Virus record (IMG/VR): IMGVR_UViG_3300005288_000003
Coordinates: 1 to 64,000 of that record
Direction: 5' to 3' (one strand)
Length of the DNA stretch: 64,000 bases
Origin: a virus
Of this stretch, positions 1-9,226 are shown piece by piece. The notes below the pieces were generated by a model. The model did not search any database. It was given only the letters and a program-made list of their open reading frames with translations, and had not been told where the DNA came from. Numbering within the stretch: position 1 is the stretch's first letter; each line of letters starts with the position of its first letter. A program made the position numbers and the translations under genes.

Positions 1-15
1 CCATTCTTTCGTCCA

Positions 16-45
16 GTGGCTCATACTAGCGTGGCTCATACTAGC
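16..45. repeat. Perfect 15-bp tandem duplication GTGGCTCATACTAGC x2
   Basis: Positions 16-30 and 31-45 are identical. Confidence 0.95.
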
Positions 46-167
46 TTGCCAACGAGGCAGATAGTGAGGACACATGCAGCGAAGGTGTTTGCAACCCACG
101 CCTTGTTGCTTTCAGAGCAGGCCAGAGCCATGTTCGCTACCCACAACATACACATTACTGCTACCAT
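36..167 (-). CDS. Small hydrophobic (membrane) protein, 43 aa
   Basis: GGAGG RBS before ATG at 167; two hydrophobic stretches; downstream of the promoter at 202-230. Confidence 0.55.
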   Translation of the reverse strand: MVAVMCMLWVANMALACSESNKAWVANTFAACVLTICLVGKLV

Positions 168-201
168 GAAAAATCCTCCCGCACCGTTGATGATGGGGAG
201 G

Positions 202-230
202 ATTCTATAGGAGGGCAATCTCTCTGTCAA
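202..230 (-). promoter_or_regulatory. sigma70-type promoter TTGACA-N17-TAGAAT
   Basis: Near-consensus hexamers in the intergenic gap. Confidence 0.8.
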
Positions 231-251
231 TAGCTTATCGGAATAAATTCC

Positions 252-1982
252 TCATTGGCAAAGCTCGCACATTTCTACACGAGAAATACGGCCACTGTTC
301 CGCATCGAATAGATGTAATAAAGGGAAAGGATTCCCTCATCTTCGAAGCACATGCGGTGAATCTTGCCGATATACCACTCAGGGTCATTCGACGTGAAGT
401 ACAGGTTAATGCTCTGTGCTTGGTCGATGTAGCGTTGACGTTGCGAGCAGAGACGGATGTAGTCTTCCATTGGAATCTCGAAGCCTGTCCGTAGGGCAGC
501 CTTCTCTTCTTCGTCCAACCAGTCTACAAACTGTACCGATCCTTTGTCTTTGTTGATTTCCTTGATGCAAGCGTCGAGGTCAAGACCTTTCTCCTTGATC
601 CACTTCAACAACACCTTGTTGACACGGAAGAACTCACCACCAGCAGATTGCTTGGTGAAGACCATCGCAGTGTCCAAGCCAATGCCCTCAGAAGCTCCTG
701 CCATCAACTCAGCGGTCGATTTGGTAGGTGGCATCATCAGACGTGTAGCGTTGCGGATACCGAGCCCCACACAGCCTTCTGGCTCGCCTAATTCGATTGC
801 CAGCCACTCAGTTGCAGCACGGCTATCGGTGTCCAGACCTTTGAAAATCTGTGTGTTCAGGAACATACATTCCATCGACGAAACAGAAATCTTTTCCTGT
901 TGCATCAGAGTGTGCCAGCCCAGTACACCAGAACCCAAAGCACGGAAGTCTTTGGTGAACTTGCGGATACGTGCCATCGCGATCTTGTCCACGCTAGACA
1001 TAGAGTCCATCGCTTCAATGTATTCGCTGATGTTGCAATCGCTCATGACCTGTCCAATGAAGACCAGATGTTCAGGCCAGCTACGGTACAGCTCAAGGTT
1101 GTAGTTCAAGATCACACACGAGAATGTGTAGTCTGTCGAGCTTGGCAAGCAAGTCTCTTGACACAGGTTGGACGCATTCACTCGCAAGCCAAGACGTTTG
1201 AAAGCCAAGGCCAAGTGACGGTTCATCTTGTCAATGAATGTGAAGTAGCCCTTACCACGTGGGAGCTTTACCCCGAGGATACGACCAAACTTCGTAGCCA
1301 TGTCATCGTCTGTTGCCATGCGAGCAATGAAGTCGTCATCGATCAGCCAACCCACGTTGTTACTCTCTGTACGCTCGTACAAGTGTGTTAGAACGCTGTC
1401 AAAGTCACCGTGTTGTGGACGGATCGAGTAGGCCAGAGAACCGCGTCTTGCACCCTGTGTAACCTCTTCCATGACGTTGATGAAGTCACGGATGATTGGC
1501 ATAACTCCAAGCGAACGACCACCACGAGCGAGCAAGTCACCTTCGGCTGGCCAATCGTCAATCGAGTAGCTTGTCCCGTGCGAGTGTTTCGTCAGGATAG
1601 CAGCTTCTGTAATCGCGTTGTAGCGGTCGAACAGGTTGTTGCCTACGTTACCACCAGCACAGCTTACAGTAGTACCTCGGCTACGCAAACCACCATTAGC
1701 CAAAAGAGGCGTTGACGGCGAGATAAAACCGTCCCACATTGCGAAGAAGAACACGTCTTCCCAGTCACGTCCTTTGGTGTACGGGTTGTCATTCCACCAC
1801 GACGGGTAATTCTTTGGAGCATGTTGTGCCATCGCCCTTGCAACACTTTGGAATCGGTTGCGTACTGTTTCCCCTTTCCATGAATACCGCTCCATAAAGA
1901 GCTGGTATCCGCCTGTTGTGTACCATTCAGGGCAGGAACCGGCAGCCTGAGCTGCCTTCCGTTGTGCCGAGTAATCAATCAT
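252..1982 (-). CDS. nrdA: Class I ribonucleotide reductase alpha subunit (compact, no ATP cone)
   Basis: SPSTP, VSC, SNLCQE active-site finger, PPTKST, QRYIDQAQSINL, SLYY and C-terminal CxxC. Confidence 0.95.
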   Translation of the reverse strand: MIDYSAQRKAAQAAGSCPEWYTTGGYQLFMERYSWKGETVRNRFQSVARAMAQHAPKNYPSWWNDNPYTKGRDWEDVFFFAMWDGFISPSTPLLANGGLRSRGTTVSCAGGNVGNNLFDRYNAITEAAILTKHSHGTSYSIDDWPAEGDLLARGGRSLGVMPIIRDFINVMEEVTQGARRGSLAYSIRPQHGDFDSVLTHLYERTESNNVGWLIDDDFIARMATDDDMATKFGRILGVKLPRGKGYFTFIDKMNRHLALAFKRLGLRVNASNLCQETCLPSSTDYTFSCVILNYNLELYRSWPEHLVFIGQVMSDCNISEYIEAMDSMSSVDKIAMARIRKFTKDFRALGSGVLGWHTLMQQEKISVSSMECMFLNTQIFKGLDTDSRAATEWLAIELGEPEGCVGLGIRNATRLMMPPTKSTAELMAGASEGIGLDTAMVFTKQSAGGEFFRVNKVLLKWIKEKGLDLDACIKEINKDKGSVQFVDWLDEEEKAALRTGFEIPMEDYIRLCSQRQRYIDQAQSINLYFTSNDPEWYIGKIHRMCFEDEGILSLYYIYSMRNSGRISRVEMCELCQ

Positions 1983-2635
1983 TTATATTCCTCCATATTG
2001 TTTGCCATGCCTAGAAGTTTGGAATGCAACTGAGCTAACCTCCCTTGCAGATAAACAAATTGGGCACCTCTTTTACAGGTTGCCACATACTGTATCGCGT
2101 CGTAAATCACATTGGCTTTGTGTGTCAGCCACTCACTGTGTGCGAGAAGTGAATCTTCGAAACATCCAAGGTGTTCTTTAGTGCCATCGAATCTCCGTCC
2201 CTGTGCCCTGAACCGACCGTACTTATAGTGGGTAACACCTATCGGAAGTTCCGTATTACTAGGTCCAAACTTTAAAGATTGGTTGACTTTGTTTGGCATA
2301 AATAAACAGTGCTTCCCGTATCTTGCAGTCTCGCCTGTAGTTAGGGAGTGTAAATCCTTGTCCAAGTGCCATTGATTCCCAGCTTCATCTGTCATCTTAT
2401 AACCAGCCTGTCGTTGACACCATTCTGCAAAGTCTTGGAAATCTTCAAACTCATTTACACACCCTGCATAAGTAGGATATCTTGCCTGTTCAGCTCCGTC
2501 TGGATTACAACGAGCTTCAATGTTCAACCAAAGAAGTCCTGCTCTTGTCAGGCATTTTGTACCATCTTGCTGGAAAGAACGGAGCCACAGCCCGTTCTCC
2601 CCTTTACGATCTTCATGACCAGAACTATACCGCAT
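1979..2635 (-). CDS. Free-standing HNH-type homing endonuclease between nrdB and nrdA
   Basis: FxDFQDFAEW...WHLDKD...C.FMP..VN core plus AP2-like C-terminus (LPIGV...FRAQ...HLGCF); start overlaps the nrdB 3' end (start uncertain, 2635 or 2671). Confidence 0.75.
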   Translation of the reverse strand: MRYSSGHEDRKGENGLWLRSFQQDGTKCLTRAGLLWLNIEARCNPDGAEQARYPTYAGCVNEFEDFQDFAEWCQRQAGYKMTDEAGNQWHLDKDLHSLTTGETARYGKHCLFMPNKVNQSLKFGPSNTELPIGVTHYKYGRFRAQGRRFDGTKEHLGCFEDSLLAHSEWLTHKANVIYDAIQYVATCKRGAQFVYLQGRLAQLHSKLLGMANNMEEYK

Positions 2636-3683
2636 CACCCATCCTCCATCCTTGAATGAAACCAGTCTCATCCCAAGCAGACTCGTACTCTTGTCCCATA
2701 CCCGGAGTGAAGAAGTCCACCATCTTGTATGAATCAGTGCCCAAATCGAACCACGCAGTGATTGGAGAAGTTACACCGGGGAACGGCAAGTCTAGACCAA
2801 GGCGTTCAGCGAACTTGTTCAGTCGCACTTTCACGTAATCTTTGAAGTTGTCTTTTGTCATCCCATTCAACGTGTCTTCAATGAAGGCCATGTCGATAAT
2901 CAGACACTCGTGTGCATAAGCGTATTGAATCGCTTCGTTGATCACCTTCACACGCTTCAAGTCTTCCCGTAGAGGGCGTCCCAGTTCACGGTAGTGTTGG
3001 TTGATCGCTTCGGCAGCAGCAAGGCCGTGCAGGTCTTCATCGATAGCACTTTGGTTGGTGCCACGAACTACTACAGGAATCTTGTTGTAACCGTTACTCT
3101 GGAACGATTTCAGAATAGCGAAGCTGGCGAACAGCAATGCAGTTTCTGTCATCGAGAAGACAATACACGATAGCAGCTTGTCTTCGCCCGACAACACTTT
3201 CTCCAGCCATTCTACACGAGCGGCAAGTTCAGGGTTAGCGGCATAAGCACGGTAGTCTTCGTCTTTGTCCAGACCAAGTTGTACGTTCAGTTGGTTGTAG
3301 AAACGAGCGTGTACTTGCAACTCGAAAGCAGCAAATGCAGCAGCCATCGCTTTAACTTCTGGACGCGGGAATACTTTGATGAACAAGTGATTCCAGAATT
3401 CTTCGCCTACGATCAGTTCGTACTTGAGGAACAGTTGCAGAACAAACTTTACAGCATGAAGTTGAGCAGGTGTTAGCTCATACAGCAATTGCATACGATC
3501 AAGTTCAACTTTCATTTCTGTGTTTGTCCAGAACTGTTTGTCGAATTGTACGTCAGCGAATGCGAAGAACTGCGGATAGACAGTAGCGTAACTGTCTGTG
3601 GTTGTCATGATTCGAGTTTTGGCGTCGAAATCAAAAGGAAGGCCGAAGCCTTCCTCCGCCATTGAAGGGAATGCCATTGTCAT
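2625..3683 (-). CDS. nrdB: Class I ribonucleotide reductase beta subunit
   Basis: Ferritin-like motifs FW..TE, E..VHARFY, TE..LFASF, DEDLH, DFF; adjacent to nrdA. Confidence 0.92.
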   Translation of the reverse strand: MTMAFPSMAEEGFGLPFDFDAKTRIMTTTDSYATVYPQFFAFADVQFDKQFWTNTEMKVELDRMQLLYELTPAQLHAVKFVLQLFLKYELIVGEEFWNHLFIKVFPRPEVKAMAAAFAAFELQVHARFYNQLNVQLGLDKDEDYRAYAANPELAARVEWLEKVLSGEDKLLSCIVFSMTETALLFASFAILKSFQSNGYNKIPVVVRGTNQSAIDEDLHGLAAAEAINQHYRELGRPLREDLKRVKVINEAIQYAYAHECLIIDMAFIEDTLNGMTKDNFKDYVKVRLNKFAERLGLDLPFPGVTSPITAWFDLGTDSYKMVDFFTPGMGQEYESAWDETGFIQGWRMGDAV

Positions 3684-4024
3684 GCGTGTGATGCCTCGAT
3701 ACTTGCACAGCCAGATGATCGCATCTTGCGAAGATCGTGGCGTAGGTGGATGTCTTTCACAGCTTCGATTTGAGCTTCAATGCTTGCTGCACCAGTTGCC
3801 AGCCATGCCTTGTCGATCCGTTCAAAGCCTTCTACACGAATACCAGTGTACTCGATACGGTTGATTGTTCTGTGTGTGCAATGCACCAGCTCATAGCCGA
3901 GTGCAATATCCATCCCGTTAGTGAACAGGATAGCTTCGAACAGTTTGGTGTTTTGTGACGCATGTGCGTCCTTGAATCCGTCAACCAGATTCAGGTCATG
4001 AAACGAAAGATTGTAGTCAGCCAT
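3680..4024 (-). CDS. Hypothetical protein
   Basis: ATGA-coupled ORF in the operon. Confidence 0.7.
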   Translation of the reverse strand: MADYNLSFHDLNLVDGFKDAHASQNTKLFEAILFTNGMDIALGYELVHCTHRTINRIEYTGIRVEGFERIDKAWLATGAASIEAQIEAVKDIHLRHDLRKMRSSGCASIEASHA

Positions 4025-4027
4025 GAT

Positions 4028-4903
4028 TTACCCCTTGTATTCCCAGCAGGTGTGATCGTCCAGTAACTGACGATGTTGAATGAAGCCAATGAAATTACCA
4101 CTCCAATAGTTTCCTTTTCTGTCCTTGTGTGTGATTCCTTTGTTTCGGAAGTCAGCATTGCGTTTCATCGGTGTCGCTTGGTGTTCGAACGGTGAAGCGT
4201 GTACAGGCTTGCTGTCTACAAGCCGCTGGAAGATGTCCTTGGCCTTTTCAAGCGTATCGTCAAGGCGACGGTAGCTCACTTGGGCACAGCAGCTTGCAGA
4301 GATAGCCAGAGCGTCTTCCAGAGGGATGCCACAGTTCTTCAACCAGTATCCAGCTCCAAAGTATGGCACGTGCCAATCGCCCGGTTCCAACAGAACAGCG
4401 TTCTCACCTTGCAAAGCTTCCCACATCAAACGTGCCAGCTCCCGAATTTCAGGCTGTGCGTCTTCGTGGTTACGCAGCCAGAAGAAGTTGTCGAGACATG
4501 TTGCAGTCATGACAGTCTTCATTGTCTGGAACGGTTCAAGAATCCGATTAGCAATCTGTTTGTGAGCGCCCATCAAATCCATAGCACGTGCTGACATTGC
4601 AGCTTCGTATGCAGCTTCTTCCCACATCAGCATAACGTGAGCCATTTCAAACGGCTCCAGCTCCTGCTTGGCTTGCATACCGGGCTGATTCATGCCCCAG
4701 TGAATTGGCTTAGCTGGGTTGTCCAGAACAGCTTGAATCATTGCAGCTACGGGAATTGCCCGAGAGCTTGCAGCGTTACGGGAGAACAGGCGGTGCGTCA
4801 TGAACTCGCCGTGGATAAAACGAGGATACTCCAGTTCCCACGAGACGATATATCTGCCTCTGTAGTCTCTGGAGTAGGCCAGAATTTTTGCAGAGATTGT
4901 CAT
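4028..4903 (-). CDS. thyX: Flavin-dependent thymidylate synthase
   Basis: THRLFSRNAASSRAIP motif, HKQIANRILEP, LRNHEDAQPEI, HASPFEH. Confidence 0.9.
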   Translation of the reverse strand: MTISAKILAYSRDYRGRYIVSWELEYPRFIHGEFMTHRLFSRNAASSRAIPVAAMIQAVLDNPAKPIHWGMNQPGMQAKQELEPFEMAHVMLMWEEAAYEAAMSARAMDLMGAHKQIANRILEPFQTMKTVMTATCLDNFFWLRNHEDAQPEIRELARLMWEALQGENAVLLEPGDWHVPYFGAGYWLKNCGIPLEDALAISASCCAQVSYRRLDDTLEKAKDIFQRLVDSKPVHASPFEHQATPMKRNADFRNKGITHKDRKGNYWSGNFIGFIQHRQLLDDHTCWEYKG

Positions 4904-4995
4904 AGTACCGGCATCCAGATGAAGCAATTGATCCAGATCAGTTTCTCGATCATCAGACCATCGAGGGTAAATTCACGTTTGAGATAATTCAGCAT
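4900..4995 (-). CDS. 31-aa peptide MLNYLKREFTLDGLMIEKLIWINCFIWMPVL (not in ORF track)
   Basis: AAGGAG RBS; its TGA overlaps the thyX ATG (ATGA). Confidence 0.6.
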   Translation of the reverse strand: MLNYLKREFTLDGLMIEKLIWINCFIWMPVL

Positions 4996-5026
4996 TGCTA
5001 TTCTCCTTGTAGTTAGTTGGGTGGTT

Positions 5027-5055
5027 ATTATACCACCCTATCTTGTTGATGTCTA
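5027..5055 (-). promoter_or_regulatory. sigma70-type promoter TAGACA-N17-TATAAT
   Basis: Hexamers in the intergenic gap upstream of the thyX-nrd operon. Confidence 0.7.
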
Positions 5056-5058
5056 ACG

Positions 5059-5652
5059 TTATTCTGCTCTTTCTCGCAGCATCAGTTCCAACTGAGCCAG
5101 CACACCAAACGCTTCATGAGCCTTGTGCATCAGCTTCGATTCTGGATCAACACGCTCGCCTACAGGCAATCCTTCGAGACGTTGCATGATTGCGTCAGTA
5201 CGGTGACGACTTGCAGCAGCAGCCAGTTGAATCTCAGCATCCGGTAGGTTCTGCCAGTCGTGATCCTTGTAGCCTTTCGCTGTCTGTGCCCAAGTCATCA
5301 CCTTAGCGATTTCACGTAGAGCGAGAGGGAAACCATCATCCACCAGTTCAACACGCACCTTACCCACCTTGCGAGTTTCCAGCACAGGACGGAATGTACC
5401 GAGAGTGTCAGTGCAACCCGTCTCGACAGTGCTACCAGTCGGAACCAGATCAGCGAACAGTGGTGTAGGTTTCGGTTGCTCAAGAAGAATCCAAACGCCC
5501 CGTGCTACATAGTCGTGTACCTGATTGGCAGTGTAGAACGTTTTTCCAGAACCATTTCCAGTGTCTTCCCACGACACAATGCATATTTCTCCCTCTTCTG
5601 TGATGACGTATTCTTTACCTGAACGAGAATGGATCACCTTGTAAGTTGTCAT
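5059..5652 (-). CDS. dATP/dGTP diphosphohydrolase-like (DUF5664-like) protein
   Basis: K.R.EL....P.AL.EIAKVMTW...K.Y...DW...AA..RH...DPES.L.H.AH pattern. Confidence 0.7.
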   Translation of the reverse strand: MTTYKVIHSRSGKEYVITEEGEICIVSWEDTGNGSGKTFYTANQVHDYVARGVWILLEQPKPTPLFADLVPTGSTVETGCTDTLGTFRPVLETRKVGKVRVELVDDGFPLALREIAKVMTWAQTAKGYKDHDWQNLPDAEIQLAAAASRHRTDAIMQRLEGLPVGERVDPESKLMHKAHEAFGVLAQLELMLRERAE

Positions 5653-5837
5653 TCTGCACTCACCTCCATACGTTCGATGTTTAGTTCTTTTTCGAGGATG
5701 GCACAAATACCACGTAAGGCAATGTAGGCTTTAATCAGCTCGCCATCATTCTCAGTGTAGTTATCCATGATGTGTGCCCACAGATCACCAAACACTTGAG
5801 CGTCCATTACGTCAGCTCCAGATTGAATATCAGTCAT
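5649..5837 (-). CDS. Hypothetical protein
   Basis: AAGGAG RBS; ATGA coupling. Confidence 0.65.
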   Translation of the reverse strand: MTDIQSGADVMDAQVFGDLWAHIMDNYTENDGELIKAYIALRGICAILEKELNIERMEVSAE

Positions 5838-5919
5838 TTCTTTCTCCTTTAACAGATTACGGTGCCCGGAGGCCATTGAATATTTGGTGTCATCCAGCTT
5901 GGTTGTTTAAACGGCTGAC

Positions 5920-6111
5920 TTAACACGCGATCAAGAAAGGTTCGGCTGGTCGAGGGGAAACGGGTAAGGGTATCCTCCGTTCAGGCGTTTCTTTCTTAAA
6001 CACCAAAGCCAGATGATCTTTCACGATCTGCCATTGTGTCAGTGTCAGCATTGCGTTGGGGTTCAATTCAACGAACCCTTGTAACCAGTAAACAAACTGA
6101 TTCTCATTCAT
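5920..6111 (-). CDS. Hypothetical protein
   Basis: Coupled ORF with RBS. Confidence 0.65.
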   Translation of the reverse strand: MNENQFVYWLQGFVELNPNAMLTLTQWQIVKDHLALVFKKETPERRIPLPVSPRPAEPFLIAC

Positions 6112-6890
6112 GCGTATTTCTCCTTCAAGTAACGTAGGGATACAGGCATCGGAATACCAAAGCCATCTTCAACTTCGTGCAGGATAGTCAGACCACGGAA
6201 ATGTGAATTCCCCTGATAGCCTTTGTAAGCTTCATCATGCTCGTAGCAAGCGCCGTTGATTATACCGATTTTGAACTTACCGTCAAGCTGATTATCGCCA
6301 ATAGCGATATCCAACACTTGCTTGTGACCAACCACGAACGAACTACCGACAGCCTTCAACTGAGCAGCAGCAGTGCCTGCACGTGGACGACCATTCATTG
6401 GGTTCATCAGGTAGTGGACGTAGTAGATGCCATCGACTTCTTTTGGCTTGAGAAATGGTTGTACTTCCCAACCATATTGTTCGAGGTTGAGTGTATCAGT
6501 TCCTACGAATCCGTCAAGCTCTGGATTGTCGTTTGCCATGCGGTCGAAGCGGGCTTCATGGTTGCCTGTGCAGAAGATCATACGCGGAGCGTAAACTTTC
6601 TTGCGGAAGCGACGTTGTTGCTCCTGTAGACGCAGCAGAGGGGCCATCAGGAGGCGCATACCTTCTTGTCCAGCCTCAATATCGGCTACAAGCCGTCTCC
6701 CTTCCATAACGCGTTTGCCCTTGTCGTAACTGGACAACGATTCGAAGTCGAAGTGATCGCCAATGTGAACCAGCACGTCAGGACGTTTCTCGACGATGTA
6801 CTTGCCAACGTGTGTCATGTAGTCCAAACTCACACCCGGTTTGCATTGGGTGTCAGCGATGATCATGTGTGTTTTGCCAAGGCTACTCAT
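6108..6890 (-). CDS. Calcineurin-like metallophosphoesterase
   Basis: DxQ, GDHFD, GNHE and GHxQ metal-binding motifs. Confidence 0.85.
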   Translation of the reverse strand: MSSLGKTHMIIADTQCKPGVSLDYMTHVGKYIVEKRPDVLVHIGDHFDFESLSSYDKGKRVMEGRRLVADIEAGQEGMRLLMAPLLRLQEQQRRFRKKVYAPRMIFCTGNHEARFDRMANDNPELDGFVGTDTLNLEQYGWEVQPFLKPKEVDGIYYVHYLMNPMNGRPRAGTAAAQLKAVGSSFVVGHKQVLDIAIGDNQLDGKFKIGIINGACYEHDEAYKGYQGNSHFRGLTILHEVEDGFGIPMPVSLRYLKEKYA

Positions 6891-6902
6891 TCTGTTCTCC
6901 TT

Positions 6903-7097
6903 CTAGACTAGTGTAATTTTGATGTCGTTGAATGCGTCAACAGAGATACAGACAACTAAGTCGCCCAATTCTTCTCGGAATGCGTTCTGGATTCGATCTT
7001 CAAACTGGTGAATGCCAGCTTTAGTTGTTTGGATTTTTGCACCGAGTGCGATAACGTCGAACGCATATCTTTCTACTGTACGTTGTAAATCACTCAT
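6903..7097 (-). CDS. Hypothetical protein
   Basis: Coupled ORF with RBS. Confidence 0.6.
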   Translation of the reverse strand: MSDLQRTVERYAFDVIALGAKIQTTKAGIHQFEDRIQNAFREELGDLVVCISVDAFNDIKITLV

Positions 7098-7654
7098 TTC
7101 GTTCTCTCCTTCAATATGTTGACGATCTGTTCTCTCCGTCCTTTGGCAGTTTTTGCAGGGAAATCACATCCCCGTCCATTCTCTGTGATCCACAGTCTTA
7201 CCTTCGCGACAGGTAGCTTGCAGATTGCAATAGCTTCCTTCTCGATCAGGGCGTCTTGTACGGACATTCCAGAGCGTTCAGCGTATGTTTTCGCTTTGTG
7301 GCAGGCTTTGCAAATCAGGCCGAGGTCTTTATTAGACACGCAGACAATACCCTCTACAAACGACTGGAGGTCTTCCAGCTTTCGTAGTGAGTGTTCTCCA
7401 GTTAGGTGATCCACTTCCATATCTTTCAATGCGAAGTCTTTACCACACTGGTAGCAGTTACCGCCCCAAACCAGAGGGAATCTTGTGCGATTCTTCTCCA
7501 CAGGGTTGACAACACGCTTTCTGTTTGCTTTCAGAAACTCTAGCTTGATTGGGCTCTTGTTCCATAAAGAGCGACGTATGCCGCCCCGTACATAGGACAA
7601 GAACGCAGACTCTGTTTTCCAGATATGGCTGTGTTCTTCCCAAGGCTTATCCAT
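7094..7654 (-). CDS. Zn-binding HNH endonuclease (possible resolvase/DNase)
   Basis: CYQC...EVDH...ICKACH. Confidence 0.75.
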   Translation of the reverse strand: MDKPWEEHSHIWKTESAFLSYVRGGIRRSLWNKSPIKLEFLKANRKRVVNPVEKNRTRFPLVWGGNCYQCGKDFALKDMEVDHLTGEHSLRKLEDLQSFVEGIVCVSNKDLGLICKACHKAKTYAERSGMSVQDALIEKEAIAICKLPVAKVRLWITENGRGCDFPAKTAKGRREQIVNILKERTK

Positions 7655-8129
7655 GATTTGCGAACTCCCCATGGTGCCGGGAGCGAAATTCTACCACTAC
7701 CTTAGCAGCTTCGTCAACCGATTCGAATAATCCTAAATAGTGTATCTTGCCGAAATGGGAACATTGAGCTACCCACTTCCCGTTGGCTGCTTTCCAGCTA
7801 ACGCCTTTAACCCCTGACTTATTGTCTTTCCGTTTCGAGGCGTTATCTGCATTACCCTTCCTTGTTGCTAATCTGAGATTTCCAATACGGTTGTTTGTAG
7901 TGTCACAGTCTATGTGATCCACCAACGAAACAGGATACTCTCCTTTGCAAATAAACCATGCGAGATTATGACACTGATAACGCTTACCGTCAATAGTTAC
8001 TTTAACGTATCCTTCTGCGTTAGGTTTGATGACCTTTCCAGCGATGCCATGCCCCCTATTCACTTTCCATTTGAAAATGCCCGTTTCCGGGCAATAGTCA
8101 AGGAGGTCCAATACTCTAGACAATTCCAT
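7647..8129 (-). CDS. HNH-AP2 homing endonuclease
   Basis: LDYCPETG.FKW, VDHID....NNRIGNLRLAT, SGVKGVSW...YLGLF. Confidence 0.88.
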   Translation of the reverse strand: MELSRVLDLLDYCPETGIFKWKVNRGHGIAGKVIKPNAEGYVKVTIDGKRYQCHNLAWFICKGEYPVSLVDHIDCDTTNNRIGNLRLATRKGNADNASKRKDNKSGVKGVSWKAANGKWVAQCSHFGKIHYLGLFESVDEAAKVVVEFRSRHHGEFANHG

Positions 8130-9156
8130 ACTTTGTCAACACCTCTCTGCAATTAATCCGATCATCTTCCCAGCGTCGCATAAACGCACAGTCCACGTAG
8201 AGTTGCATAATCTCAACATGATCTTTCTGTTGAACTACGCCCGTATGGTCTGTGTAAGTTTGAACTTCGGGATACCACATCTTATACGTGTCGTGTAGGA
8301 CTTGCCAAGCTTCCCTGTCACTCTTGCAATCTTTCAGAAGGTTATAAGCAGCAACTTCACCAAACTGGCGAGCTATGCCAGCCTTATCTCCTTGTATTTT
8401 CCAAAGGTCTGCTCCGTGGTAACAGTCTACTTTATCACCATAGAGGCTCTGGAAGTACAGCCAGTGTCGTCCTGTTCCTTTGATTCCACTCCCTTCACGA
8501 TGAATCTCGCCATACCCTTGGATCAACCGTGGAGTTGTGTCTTTATCGGGGTTGAATAGATAGCCAGAACACTGCAAGGCGTCTTTGTCACAAGTCACTT
8601 GAATCACTCTCCCTTTCTTGGCCTTCCAGCCTTCGTATGCACGGATACTTCCCTTGTCATCAACTTCCATTCCATTGACAACGATTGCACCAAGTTCATC
8701 AATCATCCACTGGCGAAGCTCTTTGAGTTGCACAGGGCGAATTGTATCGTCACGTTTCCCTTTGTAGCGACCGCCCAACAGAGCGGAGCCAGCGTACTTG
8801 CCTACAGTTACAAGGTGTTCCATCGGCAACGGGATCAAGTCACGGAAGTTATCCTTCCCGCCAATGTAAATCTCACCTTTCAAAACTCCAGTGCGGTTGT
8901 GGTAGCCTTTGATCATTTCACGGATCAAGGATTTACCATAGGAACTGTGTCGAGGGTCTTGCACGTCTGTGATGGTATACATTTCAAGTGAATCATACCG
9001 TCCAGCTTCCAATGCCTTCTTGAACTCTGTGCGATTTGACCAGTGTTCGATTGTGCCTTTGGTGATGTGCTGGGTTGTGATGCTCTTTGTCTCGTTTGCT
9101 GCTGCTGCTTTGTACGCGATACTGTCAGCGTCAAAGATTAGAATATCTTCGCTCAT
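8116..9156 (-). CDS. 5'-3' exonuclease (PIN/T7 gp6-like)
   Basis: DADSIAY, YKGKR, EVDD, DKDALQ, GD.VD motifs. Confidence 0.85.
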   Translation of the reverse strand: MSEDILIFDADSIAYKAAAANETKSITTQHITKGTIEHWSNRTEFKKALEAGRYDSLEMYTITDVQDPRHSSYGKSLIREMIKGYHNRTGVLKGEIYIGGKDNFRDLIPLPMEHLVTVGKYAGSALLGGRYKGKRDDTIRPVQLKELRQWMIDELGAIVVNGMEVDDKGSIRAYEGWKAKKGRVIQVTCDKDALQCSGYLFNPDKDTTPRLIQGYGEIHREGSGIKGTGRHWLYFQSLYGDKVDCYHGADLWKIQGDKAGIARQFGEVAAYNLLKDCKSDREAWQVLHDTYKMWYPEVQTYTDHTGVVQQKDHVEIMQLYVDCAFMRRWEDDRINCREVLTKYGIV

Positions 9157-9171
9157 TGTTTTCTCCTAACG

Positions 9172-9206
9172 AAAAAGGGGAAACGCCGTTAAGCGCCTCC
9201 CCCTTT
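9172..9206. terminator. Rho-independent terminator-like hairpin
   Basis: AAAGGGG...CCCCTTT inverted repeat flanked by A/T tracts. Confidence 0.7.
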
Positions 9207-9226
9207 GGGTGTGTTTCATTGAGCTA

